Below, in pieces: positions 22,125 to 34,936 of a DNA stretch of 64,000 nt; the first letter of the stretch is position 1; the number at the start of each line of letters is the position of its first letter. The notes under the pieces are model-generated. The model saw only the letters and a program-made list of their open reading frames with translations, had not been told where the DNA came from and did not search any database. The position numbers and the translations under genes are program-made. The stretch is from Neodothiora populina. Its lineage: Eukaryota. The stretch spans positions 1,426,001-1,490,000 of the forward strand of contig NW_027191406.1 of NCBI RefSeq assembly GCF_041146345.1. The letters are read 5' to 3'.

Positions 22125-25100
22125 ATGGCGTCTCGCTCTAAGATAGCTGCGCCTCCAGGTTCTTCACAATGGATTCAAAATGAGCGCGATCAAGCACAGC
22201 AGTTCCACGACATGGAAGTGGAGGAGTTCAGCTTTGCGGTCACAAATGAATTGGAATGGCTTAATGAGCACATGGCTGAAATATTCAGCAAGGATGTTAA
22301 GCGGTCCGTAGTCAATGAGCCTTGAAGATTATGTAAAGAAACTTTAGCTGATACATTATGCTCAGAAACTTTGCCGATGTTTTCAAGACTCCAGGCAAAC
22401 TTCGAGGCAAGACACCCATGACAGCACGAAAGAGAGATGCCTTGGCTGCTCGCGCGGTAAGTTCGACGCAGTGTTTATATCATCCCTGAACCAAAAGGGC
22501 AAGCAAGCTGATCATGATTCTAGCCGCTGGGAGATCTGTTTGCACCAAACTCACAATTAGCATTAAGTTCAGCACCGAATAATTCCTTTTACAACAAAGT
22601 AGCCCAGTTCAAAATTGCAGAAGATAGCACAGAGCGCAGTCCACAGAAGGGCAGCAGCCGCAGAAGCCCACATCGACCCGGCGAGGGGAACACTGACTCA
22701 GGATATCACGGTATAACAGAGGATGAGATGGAGATGGATTCTCGCAATCCCAGCGGCACCCAAAGTACATTCGGTCAGCCCAGTTTCGTACAAACAGTCG
22801 TCGCGGAACCACAGCTAGAGACCTTGGAAGAGACTGTCCAGCCGAGTATACAGCCGACTACTGCAGATATTGCCAAGCCGCAATGTGCAGATGACGACGT
22901 TGAAGACGCAGGACCAGACACGCAGGAACCAGATGATGCGACGGTGCCCGATGATGACCCGGAGATGGAACAGGAAAGAAATGCTGCCAACTCCCGCGAC
23001 AATCGATCTTCTTCACCGCAACAGGATGCGCCCGAGGACGAAAGGGCTTCTGGTAACTGGACAATTGAAAACGAAAACGATGAGCCACATCCAGATGTTA
23101 TGGATGAGGACGATGACGAGAATGCGAGATCGCCATCGGAAATGTCTAGCCCGGAAAACAAGCTTGTTAGGAAGAGTAGCTTGAATTTCGCCGCTCTGCC
23201 AGCAAGAGAACCTCTGAAACGTAGCATTGGAGCAAGGAACAGCCACATCGATGCCCTTGGTCGTAACAGTGTGCCTGGAAGGCAGACCCACGGCAGGAGT
23301 TTGGGCGCGAGTCAACCGCAAGCCGAGAAGGACGAAGACGAGGAAGACATGGAGAATGCAGAGGTCGAAAATGCCATAGAGGATGACGAAGATGAACAGA
23401 AGTCAGATGAAGACGTCCGTGATGAGGCTGAAGTCCACAACAAAACGTCCACCCAGCGATTGCACGACAGAATTAATGCTTTGGGTCAGTCCAAAGAGCC
23501 ACGTGCTTCCAAGTCGATCCCGTTCGCTGTACCTGCCGTCGACTATCCAGTTTTGCCCAAGGAAGATGATGCATCTGATGAGGTGCAGGCTCAGGACGAT
23601 GACGACGACGATGATTGGATAACTCCGATACGCTCTCGGTCTGGACAGGTGGCTGGAGCACATCCAGTGCTCACTCGTCAAGACACTGTAGATTCTCGTC
23701 CATCGACTGCTGCAAGCATGGAGGAACTTCCGGTCCCGGCCATGCGCCAAACTCCTCACAAACATTTCTTAGGACACCAGAAGTCATTTTCAACTTTGTC
23801 ACTCGCTTCTCCTGGTAAACTGGAGCCTTCGAGTCTACATAAGAAGACCGGATGCGTATCGAATCCCGATTTGGCTCATGCTGCAGGTGTGGTAAACAGC
23901 ACAACGCCAACATCGACCCACTCGAGGAGGTTCGCAGATGCCCCGCTGAGTGCATCGAAAGCCAAACTCTATTCCGTTCTCAAATCGGCCAAAGGCATTT
24001 TCGCCAGTAGTGCCAGTGCTAGTGCTCAGGCCAAGATGGACTCTTTGACTTCTCCTTCACGACAACAAATCGCATCATCGCAAGGCGTCGAGTCACATAC
24101 CTCGAGAATGCCTGGCGGATTCGACGCCGAATTCTCTTTCCCTCCCAAGCCCATCGAAAGACTGGCCGAAGGCAGGAAAACAAGAAGCTCTACAGAAAGT
24201 GACAGGAGAAAGGAAAAGGAGTCAAAAGTTGATGATCTTGAGAAGGCGAGAGAGAAAGAACGACAGAAGGCGGCAGGCCAGAAGGCCGAGCGTGAGAAAG
24301 CTGCACGAGTGGAGAAGGAGAGACCTGCCACTGCCGGAAGGCTCGAATCGCCAACGAAGGCTGCTGAGGAGGATGTCAGTGATGTCGACGATGTGCCTCC
24401 ACCTCCGCCACCAAAGACTCTGGCTACTGCTGGTAAACTGAGAGCGCCCGGTCGTCTAGTCAGACCCGCAAGACCCGCGACCGCACCCGGCCACAGACCG
24501 GCACCAGTCAGCATCAAGATTGCGTCACAGTCTCAAAGAGTGAGTACAGCTCATTTCCGAAGCCATTATGTCTTACTGACCTTGATATCTAGCTTGGCTC
24601 CGCGCAACCACAAGACCGCTCACTGGAACCTACGCCACCACCGACTGCACCGAAGACTGCAAATCGTGGTAGGGCTGGAAGTGCACAGCCCACTGGTCCC
24701 AAGGCAAATCCTGCTTCTACTGCTCGGGTGCGCGCTCTTGAAGCTGCAGCTCGTAAGAAGGAACAGGTAAGGACATGCATCTGTATTGAAAACGTGAAAA
24801 GAATTTAGACTAACTCGACTAAAGGATGAAAAGGCTGCTCTCCGCAAAGTCGAGCAGAAGCGTGAGCTTGAAAGAAAGCGAGCCGCAAAAGCCGAAGAAG
24901 AACGGAAAGCAGAAGAAGAGCGCAAAGCTGCCGAGCAGAAGCGCATACGCGAAGAACGACTTGCAGAACAGCGCCGCATACAGGAAGCTCGCGCTGCAGC
25001 TCAGAGACAAGCCGACCAGAGAAAGCTTGAAGAACAGCGTGTGCAAGCGGCGCAAGAAAAGGCCAGGGCAGAGCAGCTTGTGGCAGCCTTGGAGCAAGAG

Positions 25101-26192
25101 AAACAGGACAAGGCGCGGGCTCAGTCGAATTATCCCCGAGGCGATGTCCAAGGCACACTGAGACAACTTGCTCAGAAAGAAGTTGCCCGTCCAGCCATTC
25201 CAGGTAAATCCTCCAAGCGAGCATTAGATGGGGAGGATGAGCCGCAACAGAGACCTGGGATGCAGCGCGGTCCCGCCACCTATCACGCCCAGGAGAATAA
25301 ACGAAGGAAGACTTTGGAAGAAGAAGAGGTCGCGCTGGAGCGTCATTCGGTCATGGCTCCTCCAAAGCGACCATCATACATGCGCAAGGTATGTTATCAA
25401 CATCACGGCAAGGATGAACCATCATTCATTGACACTCAGCAGAACACGCAGGAGACCTTCAACAAATTCCCCAATGGCTACAGTCATGCACCTCCTCCTG
25501 CTCCGCACCACCCTCAGGGCATGAATATGTACAAAGCGACAGTCAACGCCCAACATCAGCTACAACATGCAAAGCCGCCGATGCATCCTAATGACATGCT
25601 GAAGCTGTCCACTGCACGCATTCCCTTTGCAGACAGTGCCAACCAGGCAGGTAGCAGCCATCATGCACAAGACTCGGCAGCGTCAAGTAAGCCACCGCCA
25701 TCAGCCTTCAAGACGCCGGGCCGCCCTGCTAGTGCAATGCCAAAGTCGACGGCAAAGTCAGCTATCAAGTCCTCACCTCTCTACGTCAACGGCGAGAACA
25801 TTGCGCTACCGGAGATCCAAACAGATAGCGAAGACGAGTCTGACTCCGACGACGGTTCTCCGGACGGGAATCCAGGCGCCGGCGCACGCAATGGCAATGG
25901 CGGCTTCCGCGCTCCTAGTTGGGTTGCGTCACCCGCGCTTCGCGATTTGCTCACGCAACAGCAGCTGGTGGACCCAGAGAGTGTGTTTGGTCCCATAGCG
26001 CCGTTGCAGATGGACGAGGTGTTCAAGGGCACGAAGGCCGATCGCATGAAGAGGTTTAGGGACCGTGGATCTTCTGCTCAGTGGCTTGAGAGTGGTGACG
26101 CTGTGACTCAAGAGGAGAAGAAACGAGACCAGGAGATGAGAGGCAAGTTGTTCAAGGACGGAGGCTGGAACTACAAGCAACAGATGCATTAG
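22125..26192 (+). CDS. Inner centromere protein (INCENP/Sli15/Pic1), chromosomal passenger complex
   Basis: N-terminal ELEWLNEHMAEIF..NFADVFKTPGKLRGKTP; introns 22304-22365, 22457-22523, 24540-24592, 24767-24823 and probably 25389-25451; charged SAH/coiled coil; C-terminal IN-box LPEIQTDSED..PSW..DPESVFGPIAPLQMDEVF..RGSSAQW. Confidence 0.9.
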
Positions 26193-27255
26193 TATTCCTT
26201 TTTGTCGGACGGGTTCTCTGATAATGCTCTCTGTTTCTGAAGTGCAAGGGCAAGGGTTGCCAAGGCTCATGGTTGCTGCCTCTTCGCATCTTCTTGAATT
26301 TCGTATTTCTTTTCCTGCTTCTCGAAATCATCATCACTGGGAAGGGTCAGGCCGGGAACAGGGTCATTTGATGACAGGAGTTTTTGGAACGGGCAACGGC
26401 ACACGGGGGGTGGTACAACAAGGGTCAGCTTCTGTTGACTGGAATTCATGCATGACTACAAATAGGGTGGTTGGCATCACAGTGATCACCATACAGTGCA
26501 GGTAGCGAAAAGAAACGACAAGTACTTGTGGTCAAGTTTTTTGTTATTTCTCGATCGAGCTATCATTACCATCACTACTGCTCTAAATGCTCTACTTTCC
26601 ATACGGTCTGTTCATTCGCTTCTCCGTTGCTCGTCTTCCCCATCACCGATACTACGCAAGGTAAGGTATGATTGCTCCCAAAGGTAAGCTAGGTACTGTA
26701 ACTTTACCTGATCTCGGCATTCTCTGCTGCTTCTGCCTACCTTCGCCTTCCTATTGTGTTGGCATGGTAGGAAATTGACATCGGAGCCTTTGATCGACGA
26801 AGACAAATGCGTCCAGATGCGGACGCCGCATCTAGCTACTGTCAGGAAGGAGGGCGAGAGATAGAAGAAGATAGGGGGTCTGGAGTCCACGGAATGGGAT
26901 AGTTCGTGTTCTCATATAATTTCTTTGCGTTGCTGTTGCTGTACAGTATTGTCTGGTACTCGGGCCCGGCTATTCGCGCTTCTTTGCCTTGCTTGAGGTG
27001 GGTAGGGAGGTACTTTGCATAGCTAATTACACATTACACATGAAACGTATACTGCTCGTGTCGTGTTGATTTGAGAAAGGGTTTGCTTTTGGGGTATGTC
27101 AAAGTCTATAATACATTCATGCATGCGGCTCTCCTTTTTATTTCTTACAAGACAACAACAAAATAATACATGGCTGCGCTCATTGACTGATATAGCTGCC
27201 GGATATAAGAGGGGAGAAAAGGGGGGGGGGGACAGAGAGAGAAACGAAAAGACAT

Positions 27256-29514
27256 CTAGTAGCGGTCACGTCTCTCGCCGCCGCCGAAGCTCAGTCGTCG
27301 CTCGGAGAAGCCGCCCTCGTCGCCGTTGTCTCTTCCTCCGCGACCGCGTCCCTCGCCTCCTCTGCCGCCTCTGTCACCGAATCTTGATCCGGATGACCCG
27401 CCTCCGCGACGGTCGCCAAAGTCACTTCCTCCTCGTCGGTTGTCTCTGCCGCCGACGTGGTCGTCTCTGCCGCCGCCGCCGCCGCCGCCGCGGCGACGTT
27501 CGCCAAAGTGCTCTCTGCCTCCGCGACCACTACTGCTGTTGTAGCCTCCTCGGCCACCGCGGTCGGAAAAGGGGTCGCGGTCGGACGAGTCACGGTCGTC
27601 ACGGCTGCCTCTGCGGAAGTCTCCGCCGCCGGAGCGTGAGTTGATGCCCGCGATGCGACCGAGACCGAGCTTTTGAACCAGGCCTGGACCAATCCTCGGG
27701 GGATCGGGCATCCCAAAGCCAAAGCGCGAGAGGTCGTTCATTGCAGCGATGAGATTTTGCTTGCGAGGGAACCATTGGTATACTCCTAACATGGCTGTGT
27801 AGACTTTCTCCTTGTCCTCGAAGGCGACGAGCTTGACGGCCTCGGCGACCTGGCGCAAAATGGTGGCAGCCGAGGCGGGAATCTGGGCTTCGCGGGTCAT
27901 GTCGATGTCTGCCGTGGTCAAGACGCCAGGCTCGAGCGGTTTGAGAGGAAGGTCAGGTAGGCGACGACCGAGCTCGCCGCTCTCGAAGTTCGCGGTGAGA
28001 AGCCATCCTTCACCCTCCTTGCCGGCACGTGCGGTACGGCCGATGCGGTGGATATACGTCTCCTTGCTGCCGGGTATACCGATTTGGATGACATGAGTAA
28101 CGTTGGGGAAATCCATTCCTCTGGCTGTGACGTCGGAGGAAAAGAGGATACCGGAGTTGCACAATCTGAAGTTCTCGGCGGCACGAGTGCGCTGGCTCTG
28201 GCTGAGTTTGGCGTGGATCTCGAAGATCCTGGTGCTGCCGAAGGGGTGTCTGCTTCTTCCACCGAACCTGCGGTTGGAGAAGCTGTCTACTGCTTCAGTG
28301 GGGGCAGCGGCGGCTTTGTCGAGAGATTCGACGGTAGGGAGGTTTCGTAGAATCGAGGTCATGCAGGTGACTTCGGCTGTCGAGTTGAAGTAGACGATGG
28401 CCTTGAAGGGACGCACACTGGGGTCGTCCTTGGTCTTCTGGATTTCTTTTGTGATGATCTCGGTGAGGGCAGGAGCATAGTTCTCGAGGCCGTTGACTCT
28501 GACCAACTTCTGGGGCACTCGAGTGTGGGTGGGCTCCTCGTCGTCGCGCACGGTCTTGACAAACTGGAAGTCGGGCTTGAGAGCAGTCTTGACCAGATTG
28601 ACGACATCACGAGGCACGGTGGCGCTGAACATCAGCGTCTGTCTGTCCTTTTGCTCGGGGCCTGGGAGAAGCTCGAGAATCTCCTCAATCTCCGGCCAGA
28701 AACCCTGGTCGAGAAGTCTGTCGGCCTCGTCGAAGACCAGAGCATCGAGTCCGGGTGCGCTGACGCCCGAGTATTTGTCGCTGAAGATGTCCTTGATCCT
28801 GCCGGGGGTGCCGACGAGAATGTGGCTTCCTTCTCTCTGCATCGCCCTCAGTGCCGAGCTCTTCTGTGTTCCTCCGACCGCCGTCTGCACAATGACGTTG
28901 GTGCCATCGACGAGTCTTCGGGCCTCGACGGCGATCTGCTCGGCGAGTTCGCGGGTGGGTGAGATGATGATTGCGCGGATGTCGTCAGCCGTCGTTCTCG
29001 GTTGCCTCCTCACGTTGCTTCTGCTGGCGAGAGAGGGGTCTTGCGAGATCATGTTCTGTAGTACTGGAATCAAGAAGCCGAGCGTCTTTCCTGTGCCGGT
29101 CTTTGCCTGGGCAATGAGATCGCTGCCTTGCAGAGCCTGGCTGATGGTGGCAGACTGCACTTCGGTCATCGTGTCCAGGCCCATTCTCTTGAGAGATCGG
29201 ACGACATTGGGATGAACCAATTCTCTCTGGCCCAGCTCCGCGAAAGTGGTCAAGGGCACATCCTTGGCAGGTAAGACGCCATCATCGTTTGCTGCTACTG
29301 CTGCTGCACCGGCATCTCTGAAGAAGGAAGACTGAGAAAAGCTGCGGGCGCCGATGACCGACGGCGTCGACAGGCGCTGTTGGAGAAGCGTCGTCGACCT
29401 CGACTTGGTGCAATTCACTGCGGCATTGCGACCGACGGTGATAGTCCTGGGGTGGACGGCAGATGCGGCTGTCCTGGGAAGAGTCGCTGTGCTCCTTCGG
29501 AAGGCCGAAAGCAT
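27256..29514 (-). CDS. MSS116: Mitochondrial DEAD-box RNA helicase (Mss116/CYT-19 type)
   Basis: Arg/Ser-rich presequence from ATG 29514, AKTGTGKT, PTRELA, DEAD, SAT, ARGMDFP, HRIGRTARAG and an RGG-rich basic tail. Confidence 0.92.
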   Translation of the reverse strand: MLSAFRRSTATLPRTAASAVHPRTITVGRNAAVNCTKSRSTTLLQQRLSTPSVIGARSFSQSSFFRDAGAAAVAANDDGVLPAKDVPLTTFAELGQRELVHPNVVRSLKRMGLDTMTEVQSATISQALQGSDLIAQAKTGTGKTLGFLIPVLQNMISQDPSLASRSNVRRQPRTTADDIRAIIISPTRELAEQIAVEARRLVDGTNVIVQTAVGGTQKSSALRAMQREGSHILVGTPGRIKDIFSDKYSGVSAPGLDALVFDEADRLLDQGFWPEIEEILELLPGPEQKDRQTLMFSATVPRDVVNLVKTALKPDFQFVKTVRDDEEPTHTRVPQKLVRVNGLENYAPALTEIITKEIQKTKDDPSVRPFKAIVYFNSTAEVTCMTSILRNLPTVESLDKAAAAPTEAVDSFSNRRFGGRSRHPFGSTRIFEIHAKLSQSQRTRAAENFRLCNSGILFSSDVTARGMDFPNVTHVIQIGIPGSKETYIHRIGRTARAGKEGEGWLLTANFESGELGRRLPDLPLKPLEPGVLTTADIDMTREAQIPASAATILRQVAEAVKLVAFEDKEKVYTAMLGVYQWFPRKQNLIAAMNDLSRFGFGMPDPPRIGPGLVQKLGLGRIAGINSRSGGGDFRRGSRDDRDSSDRDPFSDRGGRGGYNSSSGRGGREHFGERRRGGGGGGGRDDHVGGRDNRRGGSDFGDRRGGGSSGSRFGDRGGRGGEGRGRGGRDNGDEGGFSERRLSFGGGERRDRY

Positions 29515-29878
29515 CACTGAGATGGATGGATTTGCCTCGACAAGAAAGATAGAGATGGAGAGAAACAGAGAAATTCGATGAAACCGGGATTTGCAGAATG
29601 GGGGTATCTTGAACGCAGCTCTTTCCTCGTGTATCAAGAAATAAAAGAAGGTGATGATATTTTCTGATGTCTGGTTAATTATTGTCTTCGAAGGCGAACC
29701 GAAACGAAATGGAAACATTCGCTGGAGATTTTCCATTTTCCAACAATCCAACGTCGATCGTTCTTTCTTCTTTCGTTCTAGCGCCGACCCTGGACGCGGT
29801 CATCCGCCAAGAATCTCCGTTTCTTCTCCGCTGCCTCCGCCCTTCCACTCCATCTTAACTCCGTCTGGTCCCCGTCCT

Positions 29879-31460
29879 CTAATAGCTGCGCGGCAATCCG
29901 AGCACCTTTTCGCCCACGAAATTCATTATCATCTCCTGCAATTGAGCGTGTCAGCCATCATTCTGCTTCGTCCGCGATGAAGTGTCTGGTAGATGCTTAC
30001 CCGACTTACGGGTGCGATCCGCGGCACAAAGCACTCCCTCAGATACCGCTCAACATGATATTCTGCGGCGTATCCCATTCCGCCCATACTTAACACGCTC
30101 CTCTCGCATGCCGTGAGAGCTGCTTCCGCCGCCAGATACTTGGCGCTGTTGCATGCCACTCCTACCGCACGCGTAGATACCGTCTCATCATGTGCAGACT
30201 GGTCATACAAACGTGCCGCATGGTAAGTCACAAGCTTTGCTGCCTCGAGATGCATGTATGCCGATGCTAGTGGATGCTGGATCCCTTGGTTTTGACCGAT
30301 AGGACGGCCAAAGACGACGCGCTCACGGGCATACATCGATGCTCTTTGACTAAGATCAGCCGTCGGAATCGTCACAGGAGACTGTGAGATGCACTTACCT
30401 CTTCAGCGCCGCATAGCCCAGCCCCAATGCCTCGCCAGCCAGAAGACATCTCTCAGCATTCATACCATGCAGCACGATCTTGAAACCTTGTCCTTCTTCT
30501 CCAATCAAGTTGTCAGCAGGAATGTGATAGTCGTCCAAAAACACCTCGTTCGCATCGACTGCCCCGCCGCCCATCTTCTTGATTCGTCTCAGTTGCAAGC
30601 CTGGCTTAGTCTTGTCAAAATCGATGAAGAACAATGATAGTCCTTCTGACGCTTTCTTGACTTGTTCCAGGGGCGTGGTGCGCGCCAGTAGGATCATCTT
30701 GTTAGCCACCTGCGCAGACGATATCCAGATCTTCTGTCCACTGACGCGGTATCCTCCCGTTTCCCCTTCTACTTTCCTGGCGGTTGTCTTCAGTTTCAAC
30801 GTCTCAAGTCCAATATTTGGCTCCGTGACTCCGAAACAGACCCTATCAGTCCCTTCGATCAACCCCGGCAAGAACCTCGCCACTTGCTCCTCTGTGCCGA
30901 ACTTGGCCACCGGCTGTGTGGCATACACATTGGCGTGCACACACTGCGCCCCTGCCATGCCCGCACCTGATTCAGATATTGTCTGAAGCATCATCGTCGC
31001 CTCTAGTATGCCCAGTCCGCTGCCACCCAGGCTGGGTGGGAGTGCAATGCCTATGTAGCCCGATTTGGCAAGAGCGGAATGCAATTCGTGGGGATACTCC
31101 GAGGCTTGGTCTTTGGCTAGCCAGTAGTCCTGTGTCTTTTATCAGACTATCACAGTCGCAATCATAGTCTATGAGACCAGAACATACATCGTCAAATCTA
31201 GAGCATATCTTCTCGATGGTCGCTCGTACATCCAGTTGATCGTCTGTGAAGCCCGACATCTCCATCAATCTGTGTTTTCGCGAGGTCGAGAACTGCCTCG
31301 TATCAAATCTTCTATTCTCTATCGGTGGTACATCTCTCAAGCAGATCGTCGTGGTGGTCGTTGCAAACCTCTGTAGTGCATTTGCAGTCATGTACGAGCA
31401 GCGGGGTACTCTCACCACCACTCTCGGACATCGGAGCGATGGTATAGCACACTTGATCAT
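29879..31460 (-). CDS. Mitochondrial acyl-CoA dehydrogenase, 4 exons
   Basis: Introns 31187-31130, 30398-30344, 30000-29936. Motifs CFGVTEPNIG, SGQKIWIS, ERVVFGRPIGQNQGIQH, MGGMGYAAEYHVERYLR, end EMIMNFVGEKVLGLPRSY. Confidence 0.92.
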
Positions 31461-31954
31461 TTTTGTTCCTTATTCCTATCCTCACTTTGAAATTCCTCTC
31501 GATTGCAACCAGGTGTATGAAGGACTTATCCCTTTCGTGTTCTATGATAAAATGAATAAGCATGGGCTTATTACCGAGGTGGTCTACCATGCTCAGGCAC
31601 TTTACTTTACCCCACATTGAGAGGGGCGATACTGTATGCCATTCTGCTCTTAAGGTTCTTGGATCTCTTTTACTTCCGAGGACTTGACTCAGGCTTGCCT
31701 TTGGATTTGCCTGAGTTTACTTCTCTTTGGCTTTTCCTGTTCATGAACGGTTGTTCACTTATCTGCACTTGATCTTCCTTTATGGATGTGTTGTCGCGCG
31801 TGCAGGATTGGCACAATGTCTGAGATATGAATTGAGTTTCGTCAAGTTGTTTCATATAGCATTGATACATAGACAAGTCAAATCCTTCGTTTGATACCCC
31901 CCCGTCCCGCCTATTTAGTGGATGTCTGGTCTGTCGAAGGGACGGAAGAAAGAT

Positions 31955-32342
31955 CTAGAGATGCTTATTGACCTCGTAATCAACAGCCGAGTCCACGATC
32001 CCATCAGCGGCTGAGGGAACCCCTTCTTTGTTCATTACATCGTTGACGCCTGTTTTGTAGTGTCAGCATCTATCCTTTAACCCTCACCATCATCATATTT
32101 CATCTATCTTGGTAGCCTTGGGCTCGATGAACATGAAACATACCTTCGTTGACCAACGTGTCCCCACCTGATCTCTCAATCGTCGAGCCAAGTCCTCCTT
32201 GTTCTCCGCCGGAAGACGAGGGCTCCTGTCGTGATTCTGACGAAGAAGAGTAGTTCTCTGAGGGGCGTTGCTCGAAGTTGTCGTTGTTGCCGCCGCCGAA
32301 GCCCGAATCGTTGTCGTTGTTGTTGTTGTTGTAGTCCGACAT
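31955..32342 (-). CDS. Small hydrophilic Gly/Ser/Asn-rich protein (~97 aa; hydrophilin/stress-protein-like), 2 exons
   Basis: Exon 32342-32144 (MSDYNNNNNDNDSGFGGG...DTLVNE), intron GTATGT..GCTGAC..CAG 32143-32050, exon 32049-31955 (GVNDVMNKEGVPSAADGIVDSAVDYEVNKHL). Confidence 0.75.
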
Positions 32343-32882
32343 GTTTGATTGCTTTTTTTGTGGATTGTGGAGTCGATCTGGAAGTCGTGTACAGATATTT
32401 GATGGTCGTGAGATATTTGTGGAAGCTTTTGAGAAGATGGCACAACTAGAACGTGACGGTAGGATAACTGCTTTCTTATACTGTTGGTGACAGGACCTTG
32501 TCTTGTCTGAAGCATCTGCTTCTATGAGCTCATTGGTCACTCATAGTATATATCTGCTACGCCTACGACTCGTCGATTTACCCTTTCGCCTTGTTTACCT
32601 TGCGCAAAGTCATGCAGCATGTGGACAATGCAGAGTGACTGTGACGTCGGCAATATATATTCGAGTCAGATCTATAAGCGTAATCATAAGGTACACAGTA
32701 ATTGGACGACGTTTTCGTCATCGAGACAACTACGATCTACGTGGCATGCGTATACATGTTTGTTTACTGTAAGGCTCATGAAAAGCCAAGTTTCTAGAGC
32801 GTCCAGTTTCATGCTAGAATCAAGCAACTTATATACAGGTCGATCAATGACGCCAAGTCCTGTTTCGCATGTGGGGACTTGG

Positions 32883-33557
32883 TTATAGAACAGAACACCA
32901 GTCATCCTCAGCATATTCGCCGACCTTGGTGGCCTCAGTCCACCATGTACTTTCAAAGGGCTTGTATCTCTCAAATGCCTCGATAGCCTCCTTCAGCTCC
33001 TGCGGATCACAGAACTTCTCCCTAATGGTGTTTCCAGATTCACTTACCCAGACAATCTTATCCATGATGCAGAAGACGCCTGAGACCCAAAGACTCTGAT
33101 CACGCGGCGACGACCGACGGCATTCTTCGACATCGTCTGGGTCATCGAATGCCGTCATCGAGTACGCAAGCTCTGGCAGCACGTCGAACGGGCTGCCATC
33201 GTATTCACACACATATAACAGATCATCATCCAGTTCGACGCGACGCCTCAAATCCGACCACTTCATCGGATTGGCACGGTTTGTCACCACGACGCGGCTT
33301 AGATCGTGGCCGATTGTGTCGGCAATGCTTCGTGCTCGCCAAAATCGACACTGCACTATCTCCTTTTCTTCGGCGGTAAAGTCTCCAAAGTCGTATTTCG
33401 CGGCCAGCGCGTGCCACCGCCACCGCTCTCGCATGCCGAGCTTGACGAACTCTTGGAATATCTCGTTGCGGCGCTGTGTAGGTGGCCCGCTGTGCTCGTT
33501 CCATTTGTGAATCAGATAGAGCTCCGAGGCAAGAGCTCTAGGTCCATTGAACTCCAT
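32883..33557 (-). CDS. Hypothetical protein, 224 aa, single exon
   Basis: ATG-initiated ORF with globular-type composition (Trp/Glu/Asp-rich); no recognised motif. Confidence 0.6.
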   Translation of the reverse strand: MEFNGPRALASELYLIHKWNEHSGPPTQRRNEIFQEFVKLGMRERWRWHALAAKYDFGDFTAEEKEIVQCRFWRARSIADTIGHDLSRVVVTNRANPMKWSDLRRRVELDDDLLYVCEYDGSPFDVLPELAYSMTAFDDPDDVEECRRSSPRDQSLWVSGVFCIMDKIVWVSESGNTIREKFCDPQELKEAIEAFERYKPFESTWWTEATKVGEYAEDDWCSVL

Positions 33558-33950
33558 GTTATGAACTAGGGGGCAGCGTTTTTGGGCAGAGAGCTTGCCT
33601 GAAGTGAAGATTCATGATGAGAAAGTGATGGTGTTGGATATGGCTTATTTATTGTGACTCATAGCTCCATGTATCATAGGTGGGCCAGATCATTTTGTCT
33701 CTTCTGACCGTGCAAGTGCTCCTTCATCTGTTCATCACTCTATTTATGATTAGATAGTCCTTTCTGTATACCTTGGCGACTCGCAGTATGAATTCGGGAT
33801 TTACTTAATCGAGTCTTGGCGCGGCGTTCACCCCGCATGACATCGTTCTCAAAGGTTGTCGTTTCCGCCCATCTAGGAATTCTACATCAATCATTTCCTC
33901 AAACACACTGATCTGCGACGAATCAACACCGCTTCGAAAACATCCTAGTC

Positions 33951-34589
33951 ATGAGCGGCAACGCAGGCGCCTACGGTGCGCCAGCCAGCGACACAGACTT
34001 CCGCAAAACATGGGATCGAGAAGAATACGCGCAAAAAGCCAAAGACCGCGAAGCCCGCATCAAAGAAGAAGGCAAAGCGAAATACGAAGCGGCGCTGGCA
34101 GGCAAAAAATACATACGACGAGCATCGACACCCCCAGATGCAAAAGACACAGAAGCGCGGAAAGCCCGCCTCGATGTCTCGGCTCAGATTGGAAGGACGA
34201 TGCTCGTGCCTGCCGGGTCGGCGGTGGGCAAGCGGGGAAAGGGCGCGGGTTTCTACTGCGATGCTTGCGATCTCACGTTCAAGGACAATCTGCAGTTTGT
34301 CGAGCATCTGAACAGTAAACAGCATCTCATTGCGACGGGACAGACTGGCGAGGTCAAGCGAGCGACTCTGCAGGACGTCATCGACAGGCTGGAGTGGCTG
34401 AAAAGGAAAAGAGATGAGGAGAAAGAGAGGGAGACAATTGATCTCACTACCAGGCTGGACGTTGCAAAGGAGCAGGACGAAAGGGAGAGGGCTGAGAAGA
34501 GGCGGAAACGGAATGAGAAGCGAAGAAAGACAAAAGACGGGATGGGTGTCAAGGAGGAGGAGGTTGAGAATGATGGCATTATCTGTTGA
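33951..34589 (+). CDS. SNU23: U4/U6.U5 snRNP component Snu23/ZMAT2 (matrin-type zinc finger)
   Basis: DFRKTWDREEY, GFYCDACDLTFKDNLQFVEHLNSKQH, then a charged coiled coil. Confidence 0.92.
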   Translation: MSGNAGAYGAPASDTDFRKTWDREEYAQKAKDREARIKEEGKAKYEAALAGKKYIRRASTPPDAKDTEARKARLDVSAQIGRTMLVPAGSAVGKRGKGAGFYCDACDLTFKDNLQFVEHLNSKQHLIATGQTGEVKRATLQDVIDRLEWLKRKRDEEKERETIDLTTRLDVAKEQDERERAEKRRKRNEKRRKTKDGMGVKEEEVENDGIIC

Positions 34590-34936
34590 TATGGGAGATG
34601 GAACAAAGGTTTTCACTGGGAGTGAATGAGCCCAAGGAGCATGGCAAAAGCCGAAGCAAATTCACGAAGCATACACGGCGTTTGGAGGGTAACATGCAGT
34701 ATGGAAAGCATGAGGGAGTCTCAAGGCGTCAGGGAACATCATGATCATCACTCATGAAGGATGGTTTCGGGGTGTTCATCGAATTGTATCAGCAGAACAC
34801 TAACGTGCATACATCAAGCATTGCATTACTCTTCTCGAGACGTTGTTTCGAGCATTCAGTTTACCTTCCGAGTGCTTTCACACCTCATGCTTATGCGGCC
34901 GTTGAGATCACAACGCTACCTACCTTAGTCATTTAC

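Noticed and set aside
33614..33707. ATGATGA...CTGA box C/D-like pair (similar pair near 59322-59378)
   Set aside because: No terminal stem or recognisable rRNA guide; expected by chance.
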